Source: an uncultured Verrucomicrobiae bacterium (GTDB lineage: Bacteria > Verrucomicrobiota > Verrucomicrobiia > Chthoniobacterales > UBA10450). Taken from it: DNA of 64,000 nucleotides. Position 1 is the stretch's first letter. Each line of letters starts with the position of its first letter. Below are positions 38,177 to 48,231 of the stretch, piece after piece. The stretch lies in NCBI GenBank assembly GCA_963726745.1, contig CAVSDR010000003.1, forward strand, positions 544,001 to 608,000, given 5' to 3'. The notes under the pieces were generated by a model, which had not been told where the DNA came from, did not search any database, and saw nothing but the letters and a program-made list of their open reading frames with translations. Position numbers and translations under genes: made by a program.

Positions 38177-39394
38177 GTGCATCGTTCAGCTGTGCGCCTC
38201 GGCTACCTCTACTCGCGCTACCCGGTCCTCTCGCAGACTTTTTGCGACGCCGAGATGCTGGAACTCGAGCGGCGCGGCGTCCCGCTCACGGTGGCCTCGA
38301 TGTTCCCGCCGAAGACGCCGGTGCGGCATGAATATCTCGCCCGCCTCCAGGCACCGGTGCACTACGCGCCAGAGAAAGCCGCCCTCGAAAAGCTGGTCAA
38401 GATCGCGAAGCGCAAAGGCCGCTGGCCGGAGCGCTTGATCGCCGAGCACGAGAGCAAATACGGCCCGGCCTACAAAGCCGCCCTGCGCGCGCGCAACGCC
38501 CTCTTCTTCGTCGATCTTTTCGAACGGGAACGCGTCACCCACGTGCATGTGCACTTCGCGAATCGCGCGGCGCACACCGCGCTTTTCGTGAAGGCGATCA
38601 GCGGGCTCCCTTTCAGCGTGACCGCGCATGGACAGGATTTCATGAGCGATCTCGGCAGCGCGGAGTTGCTGCGCGAAATTTGCGCCAACGCAGAGTTCGT
38701 GGCGGCGGAGACCGACTTCAGCCGTGACCTCCTGGCGGCGGCCTGCCCGAAATCAGCCGGCAAGATCTGCCGCGTCTACAATGGCATCGAGCTGCGAAAA
38801 TTTGCCGGCAAGATGAACGCGCCCCGCGGGCCGCTGCGTTTGTTAAGCGTCGGCCGCCTGGTGGCCTTCAAGGGCTTCGAGGTTTTGATCGACGCCTGCG
38901 CACAACTCCACGACCGCGGCCTCGATTTTCGCTGCGAGATCATCGGCGATGGCCCCCTGCGCGCGGAGTTGGAAACGCAGGTCGCCGCGCGGGATTTAGC
39001 CAGCCGGATCACGTTTTCCGGCGAACGCGCGCAGGATTACGTCCTGCAGGCCTTCGCCGCTTGCGACCTGTTTGTGCTCGCCGCCGTGGTCGACGAACTG
39101 GGCGCGAGCGATGTCTTTCCCACGGTCATCGCCGAGGCCATGACCAGCGCCAAGCCGGTTGTCTCGACCACCGTCGCCGGCATTCCCGAGCTCGTGGCCG
39201 ACGGCGAAACCGGGCTGCTGGTCCAGCCGCGCGATCCCACCGCCCTGGCCGCGGCGCTGGCGCGCCTGCTGGCGGACGCCGAGTTGCGTGAGCGCTTCGG
39301 CCGCGCCGGTCGCGCGCGCATCGAGACGCATTTCACGATCGAGAAAACGATCGAGCCGCTCCTGGCACGATTCGCGCAAACGAGTCCTGTTTGA
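38177..39394 (+). CDS. Glycosyltransferase family 4 (WcaL-like)
   Basis: YPVLSQTF, HVHVHF, SVTAHG, VGRLVAFKG, PTVIAEAM, GIPELV. Confidence 0.88.
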   Translation: MHRSAVRLGYLYSRYPVLSQTFCDAEMLELERRGVPLTVASMFPPKTPVRHEYLARLQAPVHYAPEKAALEKLVKIAKRKGRWPERLIAEHESKYGPAYKAALRARNALFFVDLFERERVTHVHVHFANRAAHTALFVKAISGLPFSVTAHGQDFMSDLGSAELLREICANAEFVAAETDFSRDLLAAACPKSAGKICRVYNGIELRKFAGKMNAPRGPLRLLSVGRLVAFKGFEVLIDACAQLHDRGLDFRCEIIGDGPLRAELETQVAARDLASRITFSGERAQDYVLQAFAACDLFVLAAVVDELGASDVFPTVIAEAMTSAKPVVSTTVAGIPELVADGETGLLVQPRDPTALAAALARLLADAELRERFGRAGRARIETHFTIEKTIEPLLARFAQTSPV

Positions 39395-39405
39395 AAAGCC
39401 CACCC

Positions 39406-40284
39406 ATGAACAAACGAGCCATTCTCCTCGCCGGCGGCGCCGGCACTCGCCTTTACCCGCTCACGCAGATCGTCTGCAAGCAGCTCCTCCCGGTCTACGA
39501 CAAGCCGATGATCTGTTACCCGCTGGCGACGCTCATGCTCGGCGGGATTCGCGAGGTGCTCATCATCTCGACGCCGAAAGATTTGCCGATGCTGGAAGAT
39601 TACCTGGGCGATGGCGCCCGCTTTGGCATTCGCCTCGAGTACGCCGCGCAACCAAAGCCGGAAGGGATCGCGCAAGCCTTTCTCATTGGCGCCGATTTTC
39701 TCCAGGACCGAGGCGCATCGTTGATTTTAGGCGACAACATCTTCTACGGGAAACTCGACTTTTACCGCGAAGCGCTGCAGGTCGAGCGCGGCGCCTGCGT
39801 CTTCGGCTACCAGGTGCGCGATCCGGAGCGCTACGGCGTGGTGGAGTTCGCCGCTGATGGTCGCGTCCTCAGCCTGGAGGAGAAACCGAAGGTGCCGAAG
39901 AGCCACTTCGCCGTGCCCGGGCTCTACGTCTACGATGACCGGGTGGTCCGTTACGCGCGGGATTTAAAACCCTCACCGCGCGGCGAATTGGAGATCACGG
40001 ATTTGAACCGGCGTTATCTGGACGATGGCGAATTAAGCGTAAAACTTCTGGGCCGCGGCATGGCCTGGCTGGATACCGGCACGCAGACGAGCCTGCTCGA
40101 GGCCGGGAATTACATCGCCACGATCGAGCATCGCCAGGGCCTCAAGATCGCCTGCCTGGAGGAGATTGCGTTCCGCATGGGGTTCATCGATGCGGATGAA
40201 CTCAGCCGCGTGATCGCCTCGGTGCCGAAAGGCGAATACCGGAGTTACCTCGAGATGGTAGCGACGGAAGCGCCGGCGATTTAG
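39406..40284 (+). CDS. rfbA: Glucose-1-phosphate thymidylyltransferase
   Basis: LAGGAGTRLYP, KQLLPVYDKP, LGDNIF, RGELEITD, WLDTGT. Confidence 0.96.
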   Translation: MNKRAILLAGGAGTRLYPLTQIVCKQLLPVYDKPMICYPLATLMLGGIREVLIISTPKDLPMLEDYLGDGARFGIRLEYAAQPKPEGIAQAFLIGADFLQDRGASLILGDNIFYGKLDFYREALQVERGACVFGYQVRDPERYGVVEFAADGRVLSLEEKPKVPKSHFAVPGLYVYDDRVVRYARDLKPSPRGELEITDLNRRYLDDGELSVKLLGRGMAWLDTGTQTSLLEAGNYIATIEHRQGLKIACLEEIAFRMGFIDADELSRVIASVPKGEYRSYLEMVATEAPAI

Positions 40285-40336
40285 CCGACGAGATGCGCTT
40301 CCGCGAGGGACGGAGCGCGTTATGGTAATTATGGGA

Positions 40337-40353
40337 TCGGCATGCCCTTTGCT
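40337..40353 (+). promoter_or_regulatory. Sigma54 (-24/-12) promoter upstream of minor pilin cassette
   Basis: TCGGCATGCCCTTTGCT matches TGGCACG-N4-TTGCW with exact GG-N10-GC spacing, about 30 bp before the ATG at 40383. Confidence 0.65.
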
Positions 40354-40382
40354 CCAATGGTCGGCAGATTCCTATCCGCGCC

Positions 40383-40889
40383 ATGAAAGCTCCCACTCCT
40401 TCCTCACTCGCCGGTTCCACCTTGGTCGAGGCCAGCATCGCTGCCTGCACCGCGGCCTTTTTCCTCGGGTCGCTGTTCACCATGAACATGACCGGGCTCC
40501 GCGCCGTGCGCACTGCGCGCGAAGCTTCCAGCGCCAGCCAGGTCCTGCAGCAACGAGTCGAGAGTCTGCGCATCGCCAATTGGCAGCAGATCACCAACGC
40601 CCGCTGGCTGCGCGATAACCTCCTCAGCACTTCCGCCTCCGGGACCGACAACCTCCGCGGCGTCAGCGAAACGCTCACCCTCGTCCCCTACGGCAGCAGC
40701 ACCTTGGGCAACACCCAGATCAGCCGCAGCGCCGGCACCGCGAAAATCGTGAACGAGAATCCCGCCCTCCTCACCGAGAGCGCGGTGAAAGTGATCTGGA
40801 CCGTGGCCTACAACGGCGGCCAGCAAGGCGACTCGACGATCCGGCAGACCGTGGCCATTCTCGGCAAGGGGGGAGTCGCGAAGTGGTGA
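40383..40889 (+). CDS. Minor pilin/pseudopilin (PilV-like)
   Basis: Prepilin cleavage G/STLVE followed by a hydrophobic helix. Confidence 0.7.
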   Translation: MKAPTPSSLAGSTLVEASIAACTAAFFLGSLFTMNMTGLRAVRTAREASSASQVLQQRVESLRIANWQQITNARWLRDNLLSTSASGTDNLRGVSETLTLVPYGSSTLGNTQISRSAGTAKIVNENPALLTESAVKVIWTVAYNGGQQGDSTIRQTVAILGKGGVAKW

Positions 40890-41491
40890 AACCGCTGCCT
40901 GTCCCAGGCGGTCCGGCGCGCTCCCGATTGGGCGGCTTCTCGCTCGTGGAGTTGATGATCTCCACCATGATCGTCTCGGCGATCACCGGGGCGCTCCTGC
41001 TCGCGTTCGTCGCGCTCAAGCGCAGCTATGCGGCGACGACTGATTTCGCGCTCAATCACGCGGACCAGATGCGCATCTCGGATTATCTCGCGCAGGATTT
41101 CCGCAGCGCGATCAGCATCAATCCGCCCGTGGCCAACGACGTCACGCTTTACCTGCCCTGCTTCTACGACAGCACCCCCGCGAAATCGCCGCAGACGCCG
41201 CTGCTCAACGGCAACGGTGGCGTCTACTACGGCGCCGCCAATTGCTCGGTCGCAGTGCATTACTTCCTCTCGAACGCCATCATCTACCGGCAGCAAGGGA
41301 CGGCCGCTGCGGTGCCGATCGCGCGCGACGTGCAGGATTTTGTCTTTCAAGCGTCGGACCTCGGAAAGGTGATCAAGACCACGATCACCTTCCGTCCGAC
41401 CTTTCGCTCCGCCATCGGGAGTGAAGACGTGCGCACCGCGACCGCCTTCTACAACACCACCCTGCTGCGAAACAACCGAGGCGTGTATTGA
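40886..41491 (+). CDS. Minor pilin/pseudopilin (PilW-like)
   Basis: G/FSLVELMI N-methylation motif; GTGA overlap with upstream gene; Cys pair. Confidence 0.78.
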   Translation: MKPLPVPGGPARSRLGGFSLVELMISTMIVSAITGALLLAFVALKRSYAATTDFALNHADQMRISDYLAQDFRSAISINPPVANDVTLYLPCFYDSTPAKSPQTPLLNGNGGVYYGAANCSVAVHYFLSNAIIYRQQGTAAAVPIARDVQDFVFQASDLGKVIKTTITFRPTFRSAIGSEDVRTATAFYNTTLLRNNRGVY

Positions 41492-42936
41492 TGAAAACGA
41501 GACGACAACTAGAACAGGGCAGCGTCCTCATCTGGACGATTCTCATCATCACCATTCTCTCGATGGTCGCGGCCGAATTGCTCCAGGTCGTCTCCGCAAA
41601 ATACTTCACCGCCCTCCATACCTCCGTCTGGCAGGAGTCGCTCCTCGCGGCCGAATCTGGCGTCGATTTGGCGATCGTCGAATTGCGGAAATCGCTCTAT
41701 CCGCCGCCGAACAACGCCTGGAGCGGCTGGACCAACAGTCCCGGCGCCGGCGTGACCAGCTACGGCCTCACGACCATTCCAAACGCCGGACTCGCGGGCA
41801 CGCCGATGAACATCGAGGTCAATGTGGATGCGCCGCTGCAGCTGCGCGACCCGGCTAATTCCTGGCAATACTATCGCATCCGCACTGTCGGCACGATGCC
41901 GCTCACCGGCCCGGTGCGCGCGGGCGACAACCGCCAGGACACGCGCCTGCGGAAGCTCAGCCTGCGCTGGGAGCGCTTCATGAATACCTCGGACACCTCG
42001 CCCGAGCTGAGCACGCCGCGCGTCTCCCGCCGCATCGAGGCGATCGTGCGCCCCGTCTCCGCTTTCGACCAGGCGATCATGAGCGTCGGCTCGCTCGACC
42101 TGACCGATCATAACATCGTGATCGACAGCTACGACTCACGCGATCCGGCGAAGTCGACCAGTGGCCTCTACGATGTGGCCAAGCGCCAGCAGCACGGAAA
42201 CATCGCGACCGACGGCAACCTGATCAACGCCGGCAACGCCTACATCTTCGGCGACGTCGCGACCAATGCCGGCACGGTCAATGGCACCGCAAATATCACC
42301 GGCATCCAGCGGACCGATTTCTACCAGGAACCCATCCCGGTGGGCGCGCCGAACTGGCCCTCGATCAATGCTTCCACCACTACAGTCACGAACACGACCA
42401 CGCTGCCGGCCAACGCCGTGGAAGGCTCCGCTGCCTCACGTTTTGTGCTCAACTCCGTGAGCCTCTCCGGCAATCAAACGCTCACGCTCAGCGGCGCCGC
42501 AAATGGCTCCACCACCTACATCGAGATCTACGTGACCGGCGACGTCGATGCCAGCGGCAATGCCCAGATCGTGGTCGCTCCGGGGGTCAAAGCGAAGCTC
42601 TACTTCTCCGGGAATGTAAAAATCGCTGGCAACGGCTTGGTCAATTCCAACAACCAGCCGGGTGACCTCCTGATGTATGGCGTCACGCCGCTCAACTCCT
42701 CCACTCCGCGCAGCATCGCGATCAGCGGAAACGCACAGCTTTCCGCCGCCGTCTACGCGCCCTCTTTTGACGTCGAGATCAACAACGGCGGCACCCGCGG
42801 GAGCGTCTTTGGTTCCTTCGTCGGTAAGAGCGTCACCATGGTCGGCGTGACCGATCTACACTACGACGAAGCGCTCGGTGCCGGCGGCACGATCAACAAT
42901 TATAAGATCGTGAGCTGGTTCGAGGACACTCGGTAG
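41491..42936 (+). CDS. PilX/GspK-like pilin with large C-terminal beta-rich domain
   Basis: G/SVLIW without Glu5, AAESGV motif; Gly/Asn/Thr-rich C-domain ending LHYDEAL...IVSWFE. Confidence 0.72.
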   Translation: MKTRRQLEQGSVLIWTILIITILSMVAAELLQVVSAKYFTALHTSVWQESLLAAESGVDLAIVELRKSLYPPPNNAWSGWTNSPGAGVTSYGLTTIPNAGLAGTPMNIEVNVDAPLQLRDPANSWQYYRIRTVGTMPLTGPVRAGDNRQDTRLRKLSLRWERFMNTSDTSPELSTPRVSRRIEAIVRPVSAFDQAIMSVGSLDLTDHNIVIDSYDSRDPAKSTSGLYDVAKRQQHGNIATDGNLINAGNAYIFGDVATNAGTVNGTANITGIQRTDFYQEPIPVGAPNWPSINASTTTVTNTTTLPANAVEGSAASRFVLNSVSLSGNQTLTLSGAANGSTTYIEIYVTGDVDASGNAQIVVAPGVKAKLYFSGNVKIAGNGLVNSNNQPGDLLMYGVTPLNSSTPRSIAISGNAQLSAAVYAPSFDVEINNGGTRGSVFGSFVGKSVTMVGVTDLHYDEALGAGGTINNYKIVSWFEDTR

Positions 42937-42943
42937 GCCACGC

Positions 42944-43597
42944 CTAACGAGTTGCCGGCTGTTCGCGCAGGAGATGGCTCGTGTCCGCCAGGAGGGTGGT
43001 CACCCCGTCCGGCGCGGTCATGTCATAATACCCGCGAATCACGCCCTTCCGGTCGACCAGGGCGGCGTTCGTGCTGTGAATCGGGAACCCGGTTTCCTCG
43101 GCGCCATCCGAGGCCGCGAGATGAAAGCCACGCTGGATTAGCGCGTAAATTTCCGCGCGCGGGCCGGTGAGAAAATCCCACCGCCCCGGCCGTGCCTTTA
43201 GCCGCTCGGCGTAATCTTTCAGAACTGCGGGCGTATCGTTCTCTGGGTCGACACTGAAGGAGACGAGGTGCACATCGGAATTTTCCAGGGGCCGCTGCAT
43301 CTCCGCCATGCGGCTACTGATGATCGGGCATGGGCCTGGGCACTGGGTGAAAACGAAGTCGGCGATCCAGATCTTGCCGGCTAATTCCGCCGAGCCAAAG
43401 GGCTGGCTATTTTGATTCGTTAGGCGGAACTCCGGAACGCTCCCAAGCTCCCGCAGGACACGCTCGCCGTGCGCGCGCACCTGCGCCTGCCGCAGGCCGA
43501 AGAGCAAGGCCGCGGTGACCAGCGGCAGGGCGATGAGGAAAGCGAGCCAGGCGATCGACTTGAACGAACGCGCTGGCGTAGTGCGCGCCGCGCTCAC
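42944..43597 (-). CDS. SCO family copper chaperone
   Basis: FTQCPGPCP (CxxxC), SVDPENDTP, IHS. Confidence 0.93.
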   Translation of the reverse strand: MSAARTTPARSFKSIAWLAFLIALPLVTAALLFGLRQAQVRAHGERVLRELGSVPEFRLTNQNSQPFGSAELAGKIWIADFVFTQCPGPCPIISSRMAEMQRPLENSDVHLVSFSVDPENDTPAVLKDYAERLKARPGRWDFLTGPRAEIYALIQRGFHLAASDGAEETGFPIHSTNAALVDRKGVIRGYYDMTAPDGVTTLLADTSHLLREQPATR

Positions 43598-44511
43598 GAT
43601 TTTGTCGCCACCAGTAGCGCGAGCAGGAGCGGCAGGTAAATGATCGAGCCGAGGAACAGTTGCCGCGCGCGCCTCACCTCGCGGTCCCAGGCAAAACGAA
43701 GCGCGAGCACGAGGAACAATCCGCTGGCTAGAATTGCCAGCGGCAGGGCCAGGCGCGAAGTGATGTTGAGCAAGGCTGGAGTCGCGCTCGCGGCCAGCAG
43801 GAGCACAGAAAAGAAAACGCTCTGCCGTCCGCTGCGCGCGCCATCGCGGTCACGGCTCGAGAGCATGCGGAAGCCCGCGCGGGCGTAGTCTTCGCGATAC
43901 ATCCAGGAGATGGCGAAGAAGTGCGGCATCTGCCAGCAGAAGAGAATCGCAAACAAGCTCCAGGCGCCCCAGCCGAGCTCGCCGCGGGCGGCGGCCCACC
44001 CGATCATCGGCGGGAGCGCGCCCGGAATCGCGCCCACAAGGGTATTTGTGGTGCTGAGGCGCTTCAAGGGAGTGTAGGCGAGGAGGTAAATCGCGATCGT
44101 GGCCAGGGCGAGCAGGGCGCTTAGACCATTGCAGGCCCACGCCAGGTAGAGCACGCCGCCTAACGAGAGCAAGCTGCCGACGACGAGCGCATCGCGGGGC
44201 AACATCCGGCCGGCGGGGATCGGCCGCGCGCGCGTCCGGTGCATCAAGGCATCGAGCCGGCGCTCCCACCATTGGTTCAGGGCGGCCGCGCCCGCTGCGG
44301 CCAGCGCGGTTCCGAAAACCGCGTGCATCAACGCCAACCCGCCTACTTCCTCGGGTGCGCCAAGGTAAAAACCAACCGCCGTCGTCAGAAGGACGAGCAG
44401 AGTCAGCCGCGCCTTGACCAACTCGGCAAAGTCTCCAACAACGCGGCTGCGGGCCGCGTCCTTGGCGGCGGGTGTTTCCAGCGCGGGCACATCGAGCACG
44501 ACCGTCTTCAA
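43594..44511 (-). CDS. ctaB: Heme O synthase (protoheme IX farnesyltransferase)
   Basis: NQWWERRLDALMHRTRARP, YTPLKR, WQMPHF, EDYARAG. Confidence 0.95.
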   Translation of the reverse strand: MKTVVLDVPALETPAAKDAARSRVVGDFAELVKARLTLLVLLTTAVGFYLGAPEEVGGLALMHAVFGTALAAAGAAALNQWWERRLDALMHRTRARPIPAGRMLPRDALVVGSLLSLGGVLYLAWACNGLSALLALATIAIYLLAYTPLKRLSTTNTLVGAIPGALPPMIGWAAARGELGWGAWSLFAILFCWQMPHFFAISWMYREDYARAGFRMLSSRDRDGARSGRQSVFFSVLLLAASATPALLNITSRLALPLAILASGLFLVLALRFAWDREVRRARQLFLGSIIYLPLLLALLVATKS

Positions 44512-45542
44512 AACGCCGCGACCTCCTCACGTCGAAGCGGGCGGACCGCAACCGTCGCGGTCTCACGCGCACGCAAGCGCAGCGCGAGCGCACAGATGCT
44601 CACGCCTAACGAGAGCATGGTCGCCCCCACCGCGACGTGCGCAGTCGCAACATCGGCGGGCTTGTTGTACCAGATCGTGGCCGCTCCGAGCGTGATCTGG
44701 CAGGCGAGAAAGAACACCCAGAGCGACGAAAGAACGCGCAAAAGCGCGAACCGGCCATCTGCCCGCCGACGCAGGGCGATCCAATAGGTGACCACGCCCG
44801 CGAAGATCAACCCCGCCATGCCGCGATGCGCCATTTGCAGCCAAATCTGGCCCGCGGTCACATTGGAAAGCGCTTGGGCATCGCGCCATTCGTTCACCGC
44901 GATCAGATGCTCCGCGCTCGTGTCCGGCAAAACCCGGCCGTAGGCGGTGGGGAAATCGAGAATGGAAAGATCGCGGTGCTGATGCCGCATGGTCGCGCCC
45001 AAGCCGAGAGTGAAATAAATGCAGAGCGTCGTGATCAGCGGAAGCCAAAGGTGCGCGGAAGGAAGCTGACCCTTGAGGGCGCCCCAGGTGCGGGAATTAG
45101 CCAGCGAGATCACAACCAGTAAACCGAGGAAAGCCTGCGCCAGGAGCGCATGAAAAATCCCGATCTCATCCTTCAACATCGTGACCCGCAACCCCCCAAG
45201 CAGACCCTGCAATATTACGGCACCAAGCGCGGCCCAGCCGAGGACGCGCATCCAGCGGCGCTCATCTGCCCGCCACGTCCAGACCGCAAGAATGATCGTA
45301 AGAAAGCCAACCGTGCTCGCGAGCAGGCGGTGCGTGTGCTCGAAGAAAATTCCGCCGACCCATTGGGAAACGGGGAAAAGGAACATGTTGTAGCCAAAGG
45401 TCGTCGGCCAATCCGGCACTGCCAGGCCCACGCCTTTACTCGTGACCATGCCGCCACTGCAGATCAGAAAAAGGGTAGTCGCCGCCAGCAGCCAGCTGAA
45501 GCGTTGCCGCCAGGAATTGGTTCTCGCCGGTGATGCGCTCAT
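44508..45542 (-). CDS. ctaA: Heme A synthase (COX15/CtaA)
   Basis: GLAVPDWP, FEHTHR, QGLLGGLRV, HALLAQ, AHR, AHVAVG. Confidence 0.9.
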   Translation of the reverse strand: MSASPARTNSWRQRFSWLLAATTLFLICSGGMVTSKGVGLAVPDWPTTFGYNMFLFPVSQWVGGIFFEHTHRLLASTVGFLTIILAVWTWRADERRWMRVLGWAALGAVILQGLLGGLRVTMLKDEIGIFHALLAQAFLGLLVVISLANSRTWGALKGQLPSAHLWLPLITTLCIYFTLGLGATMRHQHRDLSILDFPTAYGRVLPDTSAEHLIAVNEWRDAQALSNVTAGQIWLQMAHRGMAGLIFAGVVTYWIALRRRADGRFALLRVLSSLWVFFLACQITLGAATIWYNKPADVATAHVAVGATMLSLGVSICALALRLRARETATVAVRPLRREEVAAF

Positions 45543-45614
45543 CTCGTCACCTAATATACGAATGCACCGGAGCCTCAGCCGTCGGGCGAATGATATCGCC
45601 GGCTGCGCGCACGC

Positions 45615-46532
45615 CTACTGGCCCCCGGGAGGCGGTGTACTGCCGGCCGCGGGCGGCAAGGTGGCAGTCGGGTCAGCCGTCTTCGGCGCGCCCGGAGGCG
45701 GCACCGTCCCTTGGTTGGATTCCGGTCCGGGTTCACCCGGCGGACGCACCAGCGGCGGCGGCGCACTGGCCGTGCCCGCGAGCTCGGCGCGCTCCTTCAA
45801 CCAGGCCTGGTAATCCTCCGGAGTGTCGACCACAACCATGCCCTTCATGCTGTAATGGCCGAGGCCGCAAAGCTGACCGCAGACCACCTCGTAGTTCCCG
45901 GTCTTGATTGGGGTGAACCACATCGGGATGATCTGGCCGGGAATCGCGTCCTGCGCGATACGCATCGCCGGCAGGGCGAAATTATGGATCACATCCTTCG
46001 ACGACAGTTCGATGATCACCGGCCGGTTCACCGGCACGTGCAATTCTCCGAGCGCGACGAGATCGTCCTTCCCTTCCGGGCTCGCGGGATCGAGACCAAG
46101 CGGGTTCGAGGTGCTGACTAACGAGACATCGCGCCGGCCAAACTCGCCATCCGGCCCGGGAAGGTGGTAGTTCCAGTTAAACTGCTGGCCGACGACGTGG
46201 ACCAGGAGCGCATTGCTCGCATCCGGAAAATCGTTTACCCGCTTGGCCCAAAGCGGAATCGCAAAGCCAACCAGCAACACCGCCTCGATCAAAACGACGG
46301 CAAATTCCAAGTGCGTCGAGATGCCGCTTTTGACGCCTTCGTGATCGGCTTTCGGGTTCCGGCTCTTGTGAAAGCGGATCAGCACGTAGACGAAAAAAGC
46401 CGACCACCCAAGGAAGAGCGCGCCCATAAACCAGTGGCTGAACTCCAGGATATGGTCGATCTGGAAGCCGTGCGCCGAGGCGTTCGGCGGCTGGCCCAGA
46501 AATTCGTTAATCAGCGCGAGGCAATTAGTCAT
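45615..46532 (-). CDS. coxB: Cytochrome c oxidase subunit II
   Basis: Two TM helices, QFNW, DVIH, CuA motif CGQLCGLGHYSM; no fused cytochrome c; Pro-rich tail. Confidence 0.93.
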   Translation of the reverse strand: MTNCLALINEFLGQPPNASAHGFQIDHILEFSHWFMGALFLGWSAFFVYVLIRFHKSRNPKADHEGVKSGISTHLEFAVVLIEAVLLVGFAIPLWAKRVNDFPDASNALLVHVVGQQFNWNYHLPGPDGEFGRRDVSLVSTSNPLGLDPASPEGKDDLVALGELHVPVNRPVIIELSSKDVIHNFALPAMRIAQDAIPGQIIPMWFTPIKTGNYEVVCGQLCGLGHYSMKGMVVVDTPEDYQAWLKERAELAGTASAPPPLVRPPGEPGPESNQGTVPPPGAPKTADPTATLPPAAGSTPPPGGQ

Positions 46533-46785
46533 ACTGGTTCAAATCTTCCTGCACCAACTCCTGGTGCGGCTCGAGCGGCATGCGGGCGTGACGCCACAGG
46601 TGAAAACCAAAAACGCTGACGCCCCCGAGGACGGACATGACCGCGCCCATGAGGAACCAAATCGCTATTGCCATGCTCTGGGTCGATTTCGAATTCGGCG
46701 CGCCATAACAGACGGCACAGGCCATGGCTTGACCCATTTGGGTCCCGAGCAAAAGCGCGAGCGTAACCAGCAACTTCATTCTCAT
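46525..46785 (-). CDS. Small protein with signal peptide, CxxC and a TM helix
   Basis: MKLLVTLALLL...AMA-CAVCYG, then a hydrophobic helix; overlaps neighbours in the cox operon. Confidence 0.7.
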   Translation of the reverse strand: MRMKLLVTLALLLGTQMGQAMACAVCYGAPNSKSTQSMAIAIWFLMGAVMSVLGGVSVFGFHLWRHARMPLEPHQELVQEDLNQYD

Positions 46786-46991
46786 GTGAAGATCCTTAGG
46801 CGTTTCATTTTCCGATAAAACCAGATGCCGTAGACGAAGAGCCCCACGGCGGCAGCAAAGGAGACGGTCGCTCCCAAAGTGTAGGCGGAGGTGGCGAGGA
46901 CGACATTCAGCCAGATGCACCAGCTTCCAAGCGCCAGCGCGAGAAGCACGGAGAAGGTGATGAAAACGAAATGAAAACCTTTAAGCGACAT
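46782..46991 (-). CDS. Small two-TM membrane protein
   Basis: MSLKGFHFVFI; 69 aa; tightly packed in the cox operon. Confidence 0.7.
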   Translation of the reverse strand: MSLKGFHFVFITFSVLLALALGSWCIWLNVVLATSAYTLGATVSFAAAVGLFVYGIWFYRKMKRLRIFT

Positions 46992-46993
46992 AG

Positions 46994-47335
46994 CTAGCGA
47001 CTGACCGGGTCATACCAGGCAAAGTAAGTAAGCCAAAACAAGGCGAGCACGAAGAAACCAGTGAAGATAAGCACGCGGTAGATGAGTTTTTTCTCCGCCG
47101 CGAGGTGCATGAAGATGGCGGCTACGAGGCAAGCCTTGAAGGTCGCCACAAGCATGCCGATGGCCATGTTTGCCTTGTGCGAGCCGAAGTCGACATAGGA
47201 GAGGAAGACCGTCAGCGCAGTGAAGACGATGAGGACCGCGCCGACCATGAGGTATTTTTTGACGTGGTGCGAAACGTCATGCGCATAAGCCTCATGCTCG
47301 CTCGGATCGGGAGTGACGTCGGGCGGGTTGTTCAT
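46994..47335 (-). CDS. Cytochrome c oxidase subunit IV family protein
   Basis: Three TM helices, KACLVAAIFMHL. Confidence 0.88.
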   Translation of the reverse strand: MNNPPDVTPDPSEHEAYAHDVSHHVKKYLMVGAVLIVFTALTVFLSYVDFGSHKANMAIGMLVATFKACLVAAIFMHLAAEKKLIYRVLIFTGFFVLALFWLTYFAWYDPVSR

Positions 47336-47337
47336 AT

Positions 47338-48213
47338 TTAGAGGAGGTAAAACAGCGGGAAGACGAAGATCCAAACCAGGTCGACAAAGTGCCAGAACAA
47401 GCCGGCCACCTCAACTCGGTTGGCCAAATGTTCCGGGTTCCGCTTGTAGAGATTTGCGCCCCACGGCAACCAGAGATAGGCGAACACGATCACGCCTCCG
47501 AGCACGTGCAGGCCGTGCAGGCCGGTGATGGTGAAGTAAGTTGAAAAGAACGTGCTGTGGCGCGGGATAAACATCTCCGCGTGGTCCACATCGGCCTTCT
47601 CGATCACCGCAATTTTATCGGATTTCGGCAGTGGCCAGAAATGCGGGCGATCGCTTAACGGGTCGGTCGGAGCAGCGTTCACCTGGTCGAGTTGGATCTC
47701 GTATTCGTGCACGTTTGGATCGTGCAAGGCCTCGTGATTATGCAGGTGTCCCGTGATCTCGACGCGCGGCTCCAGACCTTTGGCGGCGAGGTGCTGGTTG
47801 CCGAGGTATTCCTCGTATTTTTGCAGCCGGTCCTGGCGGATATAGGCACCAAAATGCTGGAATTTATCCGGCCACTCGTAGGCCAGCTTGACCACGAGGA
47901 AGATGATTCCGCAGAGGATCGTGATCCCCATGTAGAACTTGTATTTACCGAACTGCCGCATCTTTAAGGCAGCCCAAGCGAGGACTACGGTCACGGAAGA
48001 AGCGATCAGCACCGCGGTGTTCATGGTGCCCACGGGGACGTTCAGGAGACCATGCGGCCAGTAGCCCGGAAGCGCATCGAGCCGCAGGAATACGTAAGCG
48101 GAAAAGAGTCCGCCGAAGAGCATCACTTCAGAAGCGAGAAAGAGCCAGATGCCGATCTTCGCGTTCCAAAGCCCGGTGTCCGGACGTGCAGCAGTCGTGT
48201 AAGGAATTTCCAT
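47338..48213 (-). CDS. coxC: Cytochrome c oxidase subunit III
   Basis: [27 protein letters not shown]. Confidence 0.93.
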   Translation of the reverse strand: MEIPYTTAARPDTGLWNAKIGIWLFLASEVMLFGGLFSAYVFLRLDALPGYWPHGLLNVPVGTMNTAVLIASSVTVVLAWAALKMRQFGKYKFYMGITILCGIIFLVVKLAYEWPDKFQHFGAYIRQDRLQKYEEYLGNQHLAAKGLEPRVEITGHLHNHEALHDPNVHEYEIQLDQVNAAPTDPLSDRPHFWPLPKSDKIAVIEKADVDHAEMFIPRHSTFFSTYFTITGLHGLHVLGGVIVFAYLWLPWGANLYKRNPEHLANRVEVAGLFWHFVDLVWIFVFPLFYLL

Positions 48214-48231
48214 GGCGCGTGCTTTTTTCGA

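Noticed and set aside
45577..45606. Intrinsic terminator between coxB and ctaA
   Set aside because: An imperfect hairpin is present but there is no U-tract on the coding strand
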